Assembly: GCA_964057225.1 (NCBI GenBank)
Contig: OZ059896.1
Span: 14,012,001 to 14,076,000, forward strand
Direction: 5' to 3'
Source of the DNA: Auanema rhodensis
Lineage: Eukaryota; Animalia; Nematoda
Length of the DNA stretch: 64,000 nucleotides
The notes under the pieces were generated by a model. That model was not told the origin of the DNA. It did not search any database and saw only the letters and a program-made list of their open reading frames with translations. Of this stretch, positions 44,901 through 59,143 are shown one piece after another (position 1 is the stretch's first letter; every line of letters starts with the position of its first letter). The position numbers were made by a program, and so were the translations under genes.

Positions 44901-47900
44901 GGACATGGACATGAAACTGGAAAATAGAAGAAGATAGTCAATGATTAAATGAGAATTGTAGAGAAAATAAAAGTTCAAAGATGGTCCGAATACTGAATTC
45001 CAGACTCCTTAACGTACATCACATCTAGAACTAAAGACAAGAAGAAGGTAATGCTATGTACGAGAATGCCGAACAAAAGGAAAGAAAGCAATAGAAATGA
45101 CGTGGAACAGATGGACAACTAGGCAGTCCACTCACTCAACTAGCCAACTAGCTAATGTCCTCATTCCCAATAGACGTTATGTTTATTTGAAACTTGCAAA
45201 CTCTGGCACAGCTTATCAACCCCCCCCCCTCCATCCTTTACCAGACGTTAAGTGTTTATACGACCTAAAGCACTCAAATGCCTCTTTTCTCTGCCATTCT
45301 CTCATCTCCAAGTGTATTTTGCAAGTTTCACGTTTTATTTTGAACTTCAATTCATTATTTCTTCATATCTATTTCTGTAAATACTTATTACCTTTTTCAC
45401 ACTTCCTTATTGCTTAGTTGTCTCAATATTATCCCCCTACCATCTTTTCTTTCAGCGCAAATTTCCACTCTTTCATTTTAATACTAATTACACAATATAC
45501 TATTGTGTTCTTCTGTTTCTCCTCCTTTATCACATTCAATTCAGAATCATTTGGTAAAGATAGAGATCATATATATCGAGAGAAAGAGATGACTCATTGC
45601 CTGATTCAAAACATAGCTGGTAATGAATGTTGAAATCAAGAGGGAGAGGCATATACTATGTGAATGATAGTTATTCTATTGGCATCATCATACAACGCAA
45701 AATTTACTTTTTCAACGAAAAAAAAAACATTTTCTCTCCCCCACCCCACCCTCTCGTTCACCATTTTCTCTTTATACATCACTCTGTTTCTCTATAATTT
45801 AACGTCATTATTTTCTCTTTTCACTAACATGCTACTACAATAAACTTCGCATTTGGAAGTTCATAAGCCTTATTCATCAATAGATTTAACACCTCGCACA
45901 TCTATTTACAGTCCGACCCATCGGTTGTATTCAAACTTTCGTTTACCTCTTCAACTTGACTCCGCCGTTCTGAAGTCTATTGGACGTAAATTGTTCATCA
46001 CATTTTCTAAATTCCTCTTCACAATTTAGATATAAAGATGTTTACGTTCGTAAACATCAGTCACCCTTCAAGTGATAGCAAAGAATCATTTTCACGCTAT
46101 ATGGTACATGTATGTACGTAAGTGTGTATGTGTTTGTAAGTCTTGATTTCATTGGACCGTAATTAAAACTTTTTTTTCCCTCCCGACATTTCTTCTTTTT
46201 CTCTCTGCCGCCCTCTTATCTATCCACTTTTTTCTTCTCCCATTAACTTTACTTGAATATTTATTGTTAAGGTTCTTCTATTTAAGTGCGCTAGCAGGCT
46301 CGCTTTCAAATGGCTCGCCAATGTTTCATTCTCACTTTTCCACAATTTTAAAGCTTGCCAGCCTGTCAACACATATCATTCATCGTGTTTTTCTACAGCT
46401 TAATGTAACTCTTTTGTTTCTCTTTCACATTGTAATATTCGTCCTCAAAAGCGTCCTCTTTCGTCCACATCAGCCATTTCTGTGTACCTTTTCTATATCT
46501 GCCTATCTCTCTTTACCTCTCTATCTATCTCTCTCCATCTTCTTCATTACATCCAGACTTCTATCACTTTTCTCACTTCTTTTACTTCCCTATTTCTCTT
46601 ATATATCATTATTACTCAGAAGACTAAAACATGACGAACAAGGCGAATTTCGTCTCGTTTTTGTCTTTCATTTCCTTATGTACACAAGATCAACGCACGA
46701 ATAAGAAAACGAAGGTTGAGCCTTTAAATCGTATTTCATTTGAAAAGGAACAACACATAGCATATTGCCTTTGCATGATTAAATGGCCCAGATTTAATCT
46801 GTGTTGTTGTGGGAATGAACACGCAAACGGCTGACCGGGCCACCCCCACCATATACGGAAAGTTCTAAATCGTCCCAAGCACGATCATCTTGTCTCCGGC
46901 TGGTCTGGGCATCGCTTTTCAACAACCGTCTGTTCCAGCAAAGGGGTTGCACTCACTCTCACGATCTCTCCTAGGCTTTAGTACTATCTAGCCCCACCTA
47001 CCTTCATCCATCATCATTGAATCTATCTTCTTGCCAATGTTTGGTTACTTTATAATGCCCGTGGCAATCACGTTATCATTTTTACTTCCTAAACTTATCT
47101 AAGCTTATCTTACCTCTATTCTAATTAGCCTAAACTATGATATTTCGTACATGGTTATGACGCTTGAATGCTTCATTTTCAAAACTTAAACTGAAAGAAC
47201 GGTTGTATTTCATATCTTCTATTATATCTGTATGTTCAATTTAAATGTATTATCATTTATTATATTTTAAATAATTCATTTCATATTTATACACAATATC
47301 ATTTATAAAACACATGATGAGACAACATGTAATAGATTAAAACCAGGTGATCATCACCTAATAGTAGAAAAAACGAATTTTCTTCATCATATGATCAGAC
47401 TTTTACACCTTAGTTTGTTATCTGAACATACTACCACTCTCATCACTTCCCATCAAGCACTTCAATGAGTTGTACTGCTGACATGTCACAGCCATTTTTT
47501 ATATTTTCCATCTAGTTTTATTCCATATTTAGATAAGCAACGAACATGATCCTTATTCTTTAATCTATTGCTTAAAGACTAGCTTTATACTAAAATATGT
47601 TGCATTTTAAGTAGAAATAGAAATGCTATTGTATGACATACATTATGCCATATATGTATGTATTTTCCAATTATCAAAGCGTTCCAAACTTACCTAAGAT
47701 TCTGTCTGAACAGAAATCTCTCTCGGCCATATTTCCATTGTTCATTATGAAAATGACTCATCATCCCTCTAATCTTAAAAAATAGATTCTATCAAGAGTT
47801 CAATAAGCGTTCACATTTAAGAGCTGAAACAACTATTGACCTTCTTGAGCTGATGATCAGATAGAAAAAAAAACAATTTTCTTTCATCACGACAGTCATA

Positions 47901-49424
47901 ATTTTCACTTTTACCTAAGGAATGTCCTAGGGTCGGGGCTATGTCAGTAACAGCCATAGAGAAAACCGTTCTCATAATTTAATTTATATCAGAGGAGCTG
48001 ATTGCGACACCCCACAACGACGAATAAGGTTTTCTCCAAGTTTTTTTTGAGAAGTTTTTCTTGTTTCAATATGTCACTTCAAGTTCAAATCATATTATTT
48101 GCTATACAAACTATGTCGGCACTTTCATAAACTTCATAATTCTCGCCTGCAGTTCTTTGATGGTGTTGGTCTGATTGCTGAGCTTGTTCTTTAATCACCA
48201 ATCAGATAATATGGTTTTGATCAAAACTGAAACATCTTTCTCTCTTCCACCCCCTTCTCTCACTAAATCAAAGATAATTAAAAGCTAATAATATATGTCC
48301 ACATGTTCATATGTTACTTTATTTAGAAAATTCAACCTGTTGTATTCTCAGTACTAATGTTTTATCATTAACTTTTTTGAAACAGCTGTAACTGTCACAT
48401 ATACTTTAGTTCAAGATTCCTATCACAAATCATTAGAACTTTAATGAAGGAGTTGGAAAAACGAGACCGTTACCATCATATAAGGCAAGATTCTTGCAAC
48501 ATTTGCGAATCTTTTGCCATATTTCTCAGCTTTCCTATAGAACACCTTATGCGAATTCGCCATTCATATTACGGTAACACTTAATATGTTGTTCCTCTGT
48601 TTCGCTGTTTTATCTGTATAATAACAACTTGAAGACATGTTTAAAGAAAATAAGGTTCAAAATCTGTATAAATATGTCTGTTCAACTTGCTCGTTATTCT
48701 ACTTTTGAGCTCATCTCCGGAACAAAGTGTTTCTTGTGTCATCTTGCGAAAGTGGACTTACGGATGAGAGCGGAGACGGCCTTGACATAACACCCGACAT
48801 ATAGATCTTTCGTCTGAATCGTTATGGGTCAGAATAAATGCCTACTAGCATTCGTGCACTTATTAGGTATTACAAGACAACTTTCATTTGTATTCGATAC
48901 ATTTCAAATTGATAATCTATGACGTTGTAACCGTGTTTCAATTGTCTTCTTCCTGCATTCTTCCTGAGCATACCACTGCTGGTTTCATTCTCTTCAAAAC
49001 TGAAACTGAGATCCAATTTTTCCTACTTCAGCTTTTTTCTTTGATCTTGTCTACACGTTCTCAATCGCTTTATTGGATATTGATAAAATTGAGAATAGGC
49101 CATTAACGACACACATGTTCAAACCTAAAAGGAGCTTTAAATGATGGTCCTTGATGACGTTGGCTTCACGTGAAAAGCCTGTGTTTGTTCCTATATCATC
49201 CATCATTCACTTCCGAATATCTGCATATCATTATAATCTAGGTCCTAGAACAGTTTCAATCGTTTGATTCCTAGGCCATGGCGTACTCGGGACAGCTCCA
49301 CTGTCCTTTGTATCTGATAATCTTGTTTTGATATTATTGTTCCCGTGATTTTTATGTTATATATTTATGAATATCGGATATGAACATGTAATATTGTTGC
49401 CTTCTATGCTCATACTAATTCTCC

Positions 49425-49507
<83 letters not shown>

Positions 49508-49520
49508 ATCTCTCTCTCTC
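49425..49520. repeat. (TC)n microsatellite
   Basis: Visible directly. Confidence 0.9.
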
Positions 49521-50333
49521 CCTTTCTTTCTGTTGTACCATTAGCTTCGATTTTCATGTTATCTTCTGAACCCGATAGCTAATAAACAGTTAATTAGCTG
49601 TAATGTTGCTGAACATTTTAGAAAAAAATATTCAAATAACCTCGTAGAAACTTACGCTTTCTGCACCCAAGCCATATAATCCATTTGTCTTTTTTCATCA
49701 TCTAACAAGTCATGTATGGCATCACATCGTCCTTACCTTACCTCTTAATATGCCCTATTCCGCTTCTAAAATGGTATTCTCTTTCTTTCTAATTCCAGGA
49801 AAACATTTTAAATATCAAGGACACTCAACTCATTTTTCTTTCTTAATATATACAGCTTATTGTATGATTTTCTTTCTTGAATTCCTTCCGGAACCAATAC
49901 ACTTGTACCATATGTAAAAGCAAAAAATGTTATTTTACCAACTAGAATAAGAAATCTTTTCAGACACAGCTGGTCCCACAGCATCTACTTCTTCTCATAC
50001 TTTTTGCATGAACTTCTTTTTCGTTTTATTCTTTTTCCTTCAGCTTTTTCGCGACCTTTTTCTGAGAACGTCATCAGAAAAAGGTGTCAGTTCTGCAAAT
50101 ATCTCAAAAGTTCTATTTTCTATAACACAGGTGCCTTTCTGCTTACTGATAAATCCAATAGTTTTTCGCCAAAACCTTTTTTTATCTTTTTCTGATATCC
50201 TGCATTCTGCTACAACTCAGGGATCTTTATCACAGCATAGTCGTTTATCTCTTCATTTAACGATTTATCCGTTTTCATTGTCTGTTCTTCTTCATATTCC
50301 ATTTAAGAACTTCTTTTGATTTCAGGAATAACC

Positions 50334-50768
50334 ATGCGCTTGTTTGCTTGGATCTGTATGTTCTTAGCTGTTTTGGTTATGATAGTAGAAGGAAAGCCAA
50401 CTCAGACCGCCAATAAAGGTAATGCTAACCTTCTTCCTTTTCTTGATTTTTCATATAGATATTTGAAATGACCTCAGAATTTCGCGAATTTCTATTTATA
50501 ATCTACCTAATTCGTCAGTTTTCCGAAGATTAGATTAAATTTTGTTTAGAGCATCGCTACACACATTTAGGTTGTTGAGGCGACATTATGTTCTAAACAA
50601 AACATAAAATAAATAAATTGATAAGGAAAAGAGTTTTTAATCCATATTTTTATAGTTTCCGCTTCAACGGCAAACATGAAACAAGTTAAAGCTTCAGTGC
50701 CAAAGAAGGTCACTAAACGCCGTGATCCAAATGCTGATCTATTGTACTTGGACCAGCTGCTTCTCTGA
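50334..50768 (+). CDS. nlp-53: Neuropeptide precursor, 65 aa, 2 exons (50334-50418, 50656-50768); predicted peptide RDPNADLLYLDQLLL (NLP-53-like)
   Basis: TTTCAG before the ATG; signal MRLFAWICMFLAVLVMIVEG; dibasic KR before the C-terminal peptide; similarity to C. elegans NLP-53 recalled from memory. Confidence 0.6.
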
Positions 50769-51609
50769 AGAAATACAGAACCGCTCTACGTAACTGATTC
50801 AACTACTCAACGTTATGCCAAGTACTTCTGCTGAGAGATACAAACTACTAAAGGCCATATAACTTGCCAATATATGGACTTCCATTTAACTGTTCATCAA
50901 TCCGCCGACTATTCATTATCTAGTCAACCGCGTCTTCCACTCAAACAGATCCAATTGACTTTTTGCGTTTCCAATCTTATTCCCCGACTTCTCCCTCGAT
51001 CTCTTCTCGAAAGTTTCTATCCCCTGGCTAAATCCATCTAAAGAAACAACATTGTATTCCTACATTGTTTCAGAAAGATCAGATTCACTACAACGTCTTC
51101 GATCTTATCACTTTCCAGCCCATAATCATCTCATAGAATTTATTTTTTTCTGCCATATCTTGGAATTATCCTTTTTCGTTCGGTGTTCTTCTACTCTTTG
51201 CCCTTACTTCTAATATTATTGTCTTATGAAAATTTCTAACAAGCATCGAAGTGTTAACCAATGATATGAGGAAATAACGTTATTCTTGTTCTCTATGACA
51301 TTTAAAATTAGTCATGAAATTCAAAAACATCATAAAACAATAGTTAGAACAAGTGCGAAAGATTCTAGCTTAATCAATAGCTGGTTATCTGAGGTAGACA
51401 ACAGAGTCATTGCCAAGAACTGCGTCAAGGCCGACAGAATGTCAATGAGTTTATAAAAATTATAAAGAATTTATGAGTGTCATACCTAGTGATCCACACA
51501 GAAATGTATTCGCCAACGAAAACATGTACAAAACTTTACAAAGGCTTATGAACAAGGGATATCCCCGTTTATGCGTACCAGATTTCAATAAAAGTATTTT
51601 AATAAAAAA

Positions 51610-53484
51610 TCAAACGGTCGGTGCAGGTTCATGTTGCATGTCGACTTCAACGGGAGCATCCGCATCTTGTGCTAAAGCTACATTGTCCAGAAGTTCCTGT
51701 TCCTGTTCGAGAACTTCGGTAGTCAAATTTCCGCAGCAACCCCTGAAAAACATGAACAAAAAATTAGAAACAAACAATCCATCATGCACTATATGCATAA
51801 ACCAATAAATGAATTCTTCATTACTTACTTATGATTGAATAGAGTTCGCTTCAGCTGTTGCACTAAGACTGAGGAAACAAGCTCCGATTCAACAGTAGCT
51901 GCATCTTTCATGACCTTAACAGGAAATAATAAAAGAAGAATTAAACTAGCCAAAACCTTGTCAATTTGATCATTAACTTCACTATTACGCTCTCCTCTCG
52001 ACCATTTTTTTTCTATCTGAAAATAAATTGTAAAATAAGTTTAGTGAATAGATGACATACATGTTTCATTTTTGAAGCTAAATCACTCATTTGGTTATTA
52101 ATATAGCCAGCATTAGCTAACAATGGGGAGCTTGTTATTGTATTTAGCCAGTAAGTATTCCATAAAGCATTTAGAATATGAGTATCTGAAGTAAAGCATG
52201 AAGAAGCATTCCAATATGTTATTCTTACCAAGCTCCGATTTGAAAAAGCTGACTTCAAGAGAATAATACTGTTTACAATGAACACCAAAATCTTCAATCT
52301 TATTTAAGGGAATTGTTTGGTATTCCTGAGGGCCGTCAAATTCAGGTGGGCTATAGCCTTTCGGGTATGTTCGAAATGCACCAATATCTACCTAAAAGGT
52401 AAATTTTACTACCATATCAATAGCATTTCCCTCACCTTTCCAGCGCTCATTGTTCGAAGAGGGTCAATAACTATAGCAACCCATGGTTCCTGATACTGCT
52501 GATTCAATGATTGTGTAGCAACATCAATTCCCGAAAGCCAACACCCATATCCAGGATGTGAATGATACCAACCAACAACCTCAAATGAAAAAGATTTGGA
52601 ATAATAATATTGTGAAAATAAAATAATATTAGAATAATAATAAATATTAAATTCTTATTAATTAATGAAAAATAACCTACATATGCATATTTAATCAAAA
52701 ATATACACACTAATTTCATTTTCAAAATAGAAAGACCCTAGAGCGGTTGGTTTATGGTGAGTTAACTTACTTTTTCCTTCTTTCCAACACTTTCACATAG
52801 ATCACAGTATACTGACATATATTCGTAAGCTTGGTTAGCAGCATTTACTCTAATAATATTGTTGAATAGAAAATTTTTTTAAATGAGTAAAACCTCGTTT
52901 CCGTCCCTTCTACAGGTAAGGCAAAGCTATCAATTACAATGAAAGCATTTCCTTCTATTCGGCCTTGCATAAGTCCCATTACCTAAAATAGTAAATCATA
53001 TGAATATTAAATATTCTCTGTGTAGTACCTCGAGATTACCACCTCTTTTAGCATGCATTACCATTTTCAAAAGAGCGACAGCAGATATTTTCACCTATAA
53101 CCGAATAATTAACAATTCTCTTCCCATTATTATCCAAGAAATAAACCTCTTTGAAGTAATGCTGGTCCTTTTGCCATGGCTTAGCATTTCTCATCTCTAA
53201 CTGTTCTCGCTCATTATATTCGTATATAGAATCTACGTTAACAACCTGAAGAGGCTGAATAAGAAAAGTCACTTTCGCTCACGATTTGCTTTGTTTTCTC
53301 TGAACACAAACAATGAAACTGAACGATGGTTCATACCCACTCCTAGCTCCCTTTGTTTTTTACAAGTCCGTAAAAGCTATTTCAGCTACACGAACAACTC
53401 GAAATCACAAACCTGATTAGATGCCTCCCAGTTTCTCTGCGGAACTGAAAGAGCAGAGTTTTGTACCTCCATTCCATCTATCAT
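51610..53484 (-). CDS. csn-5: COP9 signalosome subunit 5 (JAMM deneddylase), multi-exon
   Basis: [99 protein letters not shown]. Confidence 0.95.
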
Positions 53485-54299
53485 TTCTGTGTTGTAACAT
53501 AATGTATTCTTTCTACAGATTATTTCAATTCAAATAAACAACGCGGAAAAACGCAAATAAAAATTTGAATCCTTTTAATATAGTATTTATCAATATATTC
53601 TAGCTAATACTCCTAATGTTTTGTGAAATTGCTCAAATAATCTGAATTTTGATAAAGGTAATGCACATCATGCAATCATTGTGTGCCCTTGGGGCAGTAT
53701 GCATAAGGTAAGTATTTCATCTACATCAAAATCATCAGAAAGTTTGAGAAGAAAGACACAGGAAAACACAACACACGGGAATGAACAGAATAAGTGCATA
53801 TATATCTCAAAAAATAAAAAAATAAAATACAATGGCTTTGGTCCGTTTAAATTATTGGAGCATGAAATGAAGATCACAGATATGAAGAGTTTCGTGGACA
53901 GCTGTGAAAGGATTAAGCTGATAGTATATTAATGAAAATTATGAAACGAAAAATTATGAAAGGGGATTTGGGAAAGTATGAACCTAATAAGATCGTTGGT
54001 GGGACGTCACAATGAAAATGTAACCAGTAGACGCGTAACCACCACGCTTCAATAAATATGGGAAGTTGAGACTATAATACAAGACCGTTTCGGATTTTGG
54101 GCAAGATTATGAGATAAAACATATTACAAAAATAAAGAAAGTAACAAGATCACTAGACTTTGATAATATTAATAAAAATATATGATATCATATACCGGGA
54201 AGAGCAACAGCCCCGAGAATAAGGTTAAGTAGTTCAATAGAGAGGCTGGTGATGATCCGTTTTGGATGTATTAATTGAAATAATAGAATAGAAATCCAA

Positions 54300-57200
54300 T
54301 TAGATCAACAAGCTTTGTCTCCTAGTATTCTTGGAAACCCTACTCTGTAAATGACCATCCTTCGGGCCTACAGGATCTTTTTCTAAGTGAACACTTTCAG
54401 CTTCTAATAAAGATTCATCGCTTCGTAGATGTACCACCTGAAAATTGATTTCATAACTATTCAAAGTTCTCAAATCAAACATACTTTTTGATATAAAGTT
54501 CGGAGAAACGGATGTTGCATAGCATCACGGGCAGAAACACGATCATTTCCCTCGTACTAAACAAAAATAAACTAAAGATGAAAAAGGAAAGGAACAAACT
54601 TGAAGGAATTTCTGTAACAAATCATAACCGGAAGAGTCAAGCCGCGGAATTTGACGGATGATAGGATCGGCAGAGTAAGTTTTGTTGGCATGAGGAATAT
54701 AAGCGGCTTTTTCACAAATTGTCGGGTGCTTATCCTTTCGTGGTGAGCCCAATGTTCTAAAATTGAACAGGGTTGAAAATTAAAAATAATGAAATTTCAA
54801 AATACCTAAAAATTAATCCTAATTGTTCGTCAGTAGTTGAACCAGGGAAAAGAGCCCGTCCCGAAATCATTTCGAAAAAGATACATCCAACACCCCACAT
54901 ATCAATATGGGTAGAATAATCAGTCGAACCTTAATACACAAAAGTGAAAACTTTGAATAGGCTAAAGCTCTTACCTAATAGTACATCAGGAGGTCGATAC
55001 CACAGCGTGACAACTTCATTTGAATATGTCTTTGTCGGTACAGATTTTGCCCTTGCAAGCCCGAAATCTGCTAATTTCAGTTCTCCTTTTGCCGTAATTA
55101 GTAAATTTTGAGGCTTCAAGTCCCTATGAAGAACACGTCGTTGATGACAATACGCTAAGCCCCGCAGTAATTGTATAAGAAATAGCTAAAAGGGAAGTAT
55201 TACAGTTTATCTCAAACAATAAAGAGCATACCCGAACATTGTTCATGCTTAGCGGAGCACTACATGCGTCCATATACTGCTTCAAATCCCTATCCACATA
55301 TTCGAAAACCTAAAAAGCGACAGCTTAAAGGCCACTTATAGAACAAACAAACCAAGGTTAATAGTCGATCCGTATGAATAATATCATGTAAAGTCACAAC
55401 ATTGGCATGACGTAGATTTCTCAACAAAGAAACTTCTCGAATTGCAGTGCATGGTGCCCCTTCTTCTTGCTCTAGGCGTATTTCCTGCAATTAACAGAAA
55501 CTATGCTGAATAGTGGAAGAGAAATTATTCCCCAATGCGAGCTAATTCACCCAGACGCATGATTCAACACCCGTTCTCGCCTTCTGTTCTTCATCTAACT
55601 GCGAAGATTAGCTAAAGGACAAGGCCAAGCTACCATCCGCATATGAAGTGGGACCCATGAGAGCTATCTGGTCATAAACACAGCACATTGAAAACAATGT
55701 TGGGTTTGGATCTTCAATATCCCACAGTTTACAACTTAATTGTGTCCAATTAAACAAAGTCATGATCGGTGACAAAGTATGAAAACGGAAATGAGTTTCT
55801 ATTATTAGCTTCCAAGCAAATCAAGTGTTCACTAATATGTGCAGCAAGGTCTCCAGTTAATTCCCAGCAATTCTAGTGCTTTTAAAGCCACCCCATTTCT
55901 AAACCCTTCACATGAACTAGAATTTCTGTCGTAGATATAGCTGAGCTTGCCACTGGGAAAATCTTCAAGTTATGACGAGCAAGGAGATTGACGGTCGATA
56001 ATGAAATCCTAGTAAGTCTGCGAGCGATTGCTATGCTTGTTATTATGGACATCGAAAGAGAGTAAAGAGAGATAGGAGAGCCAGCAAAAGAAGAAGAGGA
56101 GGAGTGCATAGAAGAGGACAAATCAACGAACACGCTCAGCATAATCTAGAGTCCCTATATCTATACATGTTTCGACAGAATGAGGTTAAGAAAGAGCCCT
56201 AACAGAAATACATTCAAGTTCGTTCAAGTGTATCAATAATGCAACAACACGCTATGCTCTCGTTATTACCAATCGATTATAAAGCCCATATCATGCAACT
56301 ACCCTGAGCGAATAAAGCCTTCAAAACACTGGAATAAGCTACATGTCATGAAAATAATTAAAATTTTAACCAAAAAATGAGCAGAAGATATTATGCGAAA
56401 GAGTAATAATGAAATGATTACCTTCAACGCAACGAATTTATTGGTAAGAACGGAGAAGCCCCGGTAGACGGTTGCATATGTTCCTTCACCTAGCTTATTA
56501 AGTTTTTCATATGTTTCCAACTTTCCAAACCCTATTTCATTCTGAAGAAAATAAATGTTTGAATCCATAATGGAGGAAGAAAACGAAAAAAAGCAAACAT
56601 ACCAGTGAAGCTCTCCGATTCTTCCTGGTTAAAGGCTGGTCAAGTGTTGGAGTTCTGTTAAGTTTCTCAACGACACTTATGGGCAAACGCATATCAGCTG
56701 GTAACGATAATCGTTTTTGTATATCTTCCTAAAACATAAAAGATCAAGTAATCAATGATTTAGTTCGGGAACAAAAGATTAATAGAGCATCGAGCACTTA
56801 TGATAGCAAAAGATGAATGACAAAGTTCAAAAGGTAGAATAGGTCTCAAGGTTTTCAACTGACAGCTGTCCTCGGAGAACAACTTCTTTCTATCCTTTGA
56901 TCATAAATTGCACTCTTCTTGTTGATTGCCGTTCGATCTTATTTTTAAAAAAGGAAGAAACTTAAATTTCAACTCACCTCGCTCCATTTCCTTGTTGGTT
57001 TTTGTCTTAACTTAACGTTAACTATATATCGAGGTGGCACTCCAGTAGGTGTCTGATCTGACGTGCATGGTGATACTTCAACACTCTCTCCGTCTGATCC
57101 CAGTACTGACGTTTCTTGAACAACTGCTGCAATATAAGGCAATAATATGCATTATAGCAAAAATCAATAAATGTTTCAGTAAGCTTGAGATGTGAGCAGA

Positions 57201-59143
57201 TATATATATATATATATGTGCGTGTATGTATATATATGGTACCATTTGCAAACTGTTGGTAATTACGAACAACGAACTCAGTAGTTGTTCGTAATCGAAA
57301 AAACAATCGCAGCTGCCAACGATTAAAAACAAAAAAATTTATTGCCGCCTTACGGATTGCAAAGGTGTAAGCAAGACAAGCATTCCGACGATGTTCAATA
57401 TGTTGCAAAACCAATATTACAAGAAAAAAGTTACCTAAGGACATGGACATTGAATTTCGCATATTCGAACGCTGATGTGCACGGCGTTTGCCAGAAAACA
57501 GCCCAAACCAGCTGCTGAATGGTGTTTTTTGAGGACCTCGACTTGCAGAGCTGCACTCAGAAGCCAAAGGGGTGTGATGGTCTCGGAACTCATCTCCAGA
57601 ATCGTGTCTGACGGCTAAGGTAGGGGGAGATTCACAAAAATCGTGAAAAGTAGCCGACTTGGAGAGCCGCGACATAACGACTTGTCCGACTGCCGTCTAT
57701 TGATCGCCCCGCCCCTGAGGCGCACACGCCAACCGCTAATTACGGATCACACCCCAACAATCGCCTTTAATGCAATTTCATGAAAAGCAGAAGGTCCAGC
57801 TCTCGTTCTTTGTTATTTCTCATTTGATTCTTCTTTTACTTTTCTTTCCCTTTCCCTATCTTTTCTTCTCATTGCATAATATTAATTGGACGAATCGACA
57901 ATGATTCGAGTGGTAAAGAAAGTGAAAGAACGCGCGCCAACTCCGTGGCTAGCTATAACTAAATAACTGGAGAAGCAACGAACAGAACCCTTAGTCATGA
58001 GCGTTCCTAATTTCCTTATCTAGTCGATTAATCAATACACCCGTCATTCATTCAAGTAATATAGCTAAATTAAGCCAGAAGATCACATAGCACATCATGA
58101 ACTAAAGCGTTCAATGTTTAGCCGCGGAGACCGTAGCAGTCATATGGGGATATTCAAAGCTCTGTAATGGTAACTAGGTGAACTAGTCTCTATAGAGTAA
58201 CAGGGTAAAATATATATAAAATGGTTATTTGTGGCTTAGCCTGATCCTCCAAACTAAAGCCCTCAGGGTTTGTCCAATTTTTTTCTGTTTCTATTTTTCC
58301 GAGAAAATCTGAGTTCGGGTCTGTTACCATAAACAAAACAACTTCTTCCATTGAGCTATAGGATGTAGCTTTCTGTCCTTTTTTGACAAGATGATTACAA
58401 ATTTCTATGAATTTGCCACGTTCATTCTATTCATTCTCTGTGGCAGTTTCAATAGCATACATGGGAAGTTCAATTTGGCGTGACAACTTGTCAATTCATT
58501 GATAGAAAAGATAGAAAAGATGGAAAAGTATGGAAAAAAGGAGTTGGTTGGAAAATAGAAAACTCACAAGCATGAGATCCATAGTACCCGTGGTATATGT
58601 TGGGGTTATACATACTGGTTGCACGTGGTTGAATATGACGGTAACGATGATCTGGACGACGTAAAATGGCAGATGGATCAGTTTCTTCTACTATAACACC
58701 ATCTGCTGCCAGTCTAAAGACAAGCACTGATCATACAAAAACCTTAGGTTAAATAAAATTGTAAAAATTGGAGCAGAAAAACGTTAAAATTGTTGTATAA
58801 TTGGCATCTCCAAACTCGTTCGATTTTAAAGAGCTGTATAGTGGATAGGGCCTTTCAAGTTTCGTTGAAAATACAAGCGTTCCTTTTCTCCCGGATGTGG
58901 AAAAGACAACCCGTTGGATCGAATAACACAGAGAAGCCAAAGAAAGACGAAATAGAGGCAAACAAACCTATCGGCAAGATGACTCATGGAGTCTGAGAGA
59001 CTCCATGTCCTCGAAGGTGCAGGATGGGCCAAAAAAATACCATGACCATAACTTGGATGAATTCCGCACACATCCGTAATTTCAATTGAACGACCTCGAT
59101 CCCCACGAAAAGCGGCACTGAGACGTCTTTTCAACTTTTTCAT
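54300..59143 (-). CDS. pct-1: PCTAIRE-family cyclin-dependent kinase (CDK16/17/18), multi-exon
   Basis: [13 protein letters not shown]; KRLSLPAD; [23 protein letters not shown]; [15 protein letters not shown]; HRDLKPQN; [34 protein letters not shown]. Confidence 0.96.
57437..57675 (-). CDS. pct-1: Probable alternative first exon of pct-1 ([13 protein letters not shown]...)
   Basis: GC-richer coding-like block with its own ATG, ending at a G|GTAACT donor inside the pct-1 intron. Confidence 0.5.
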
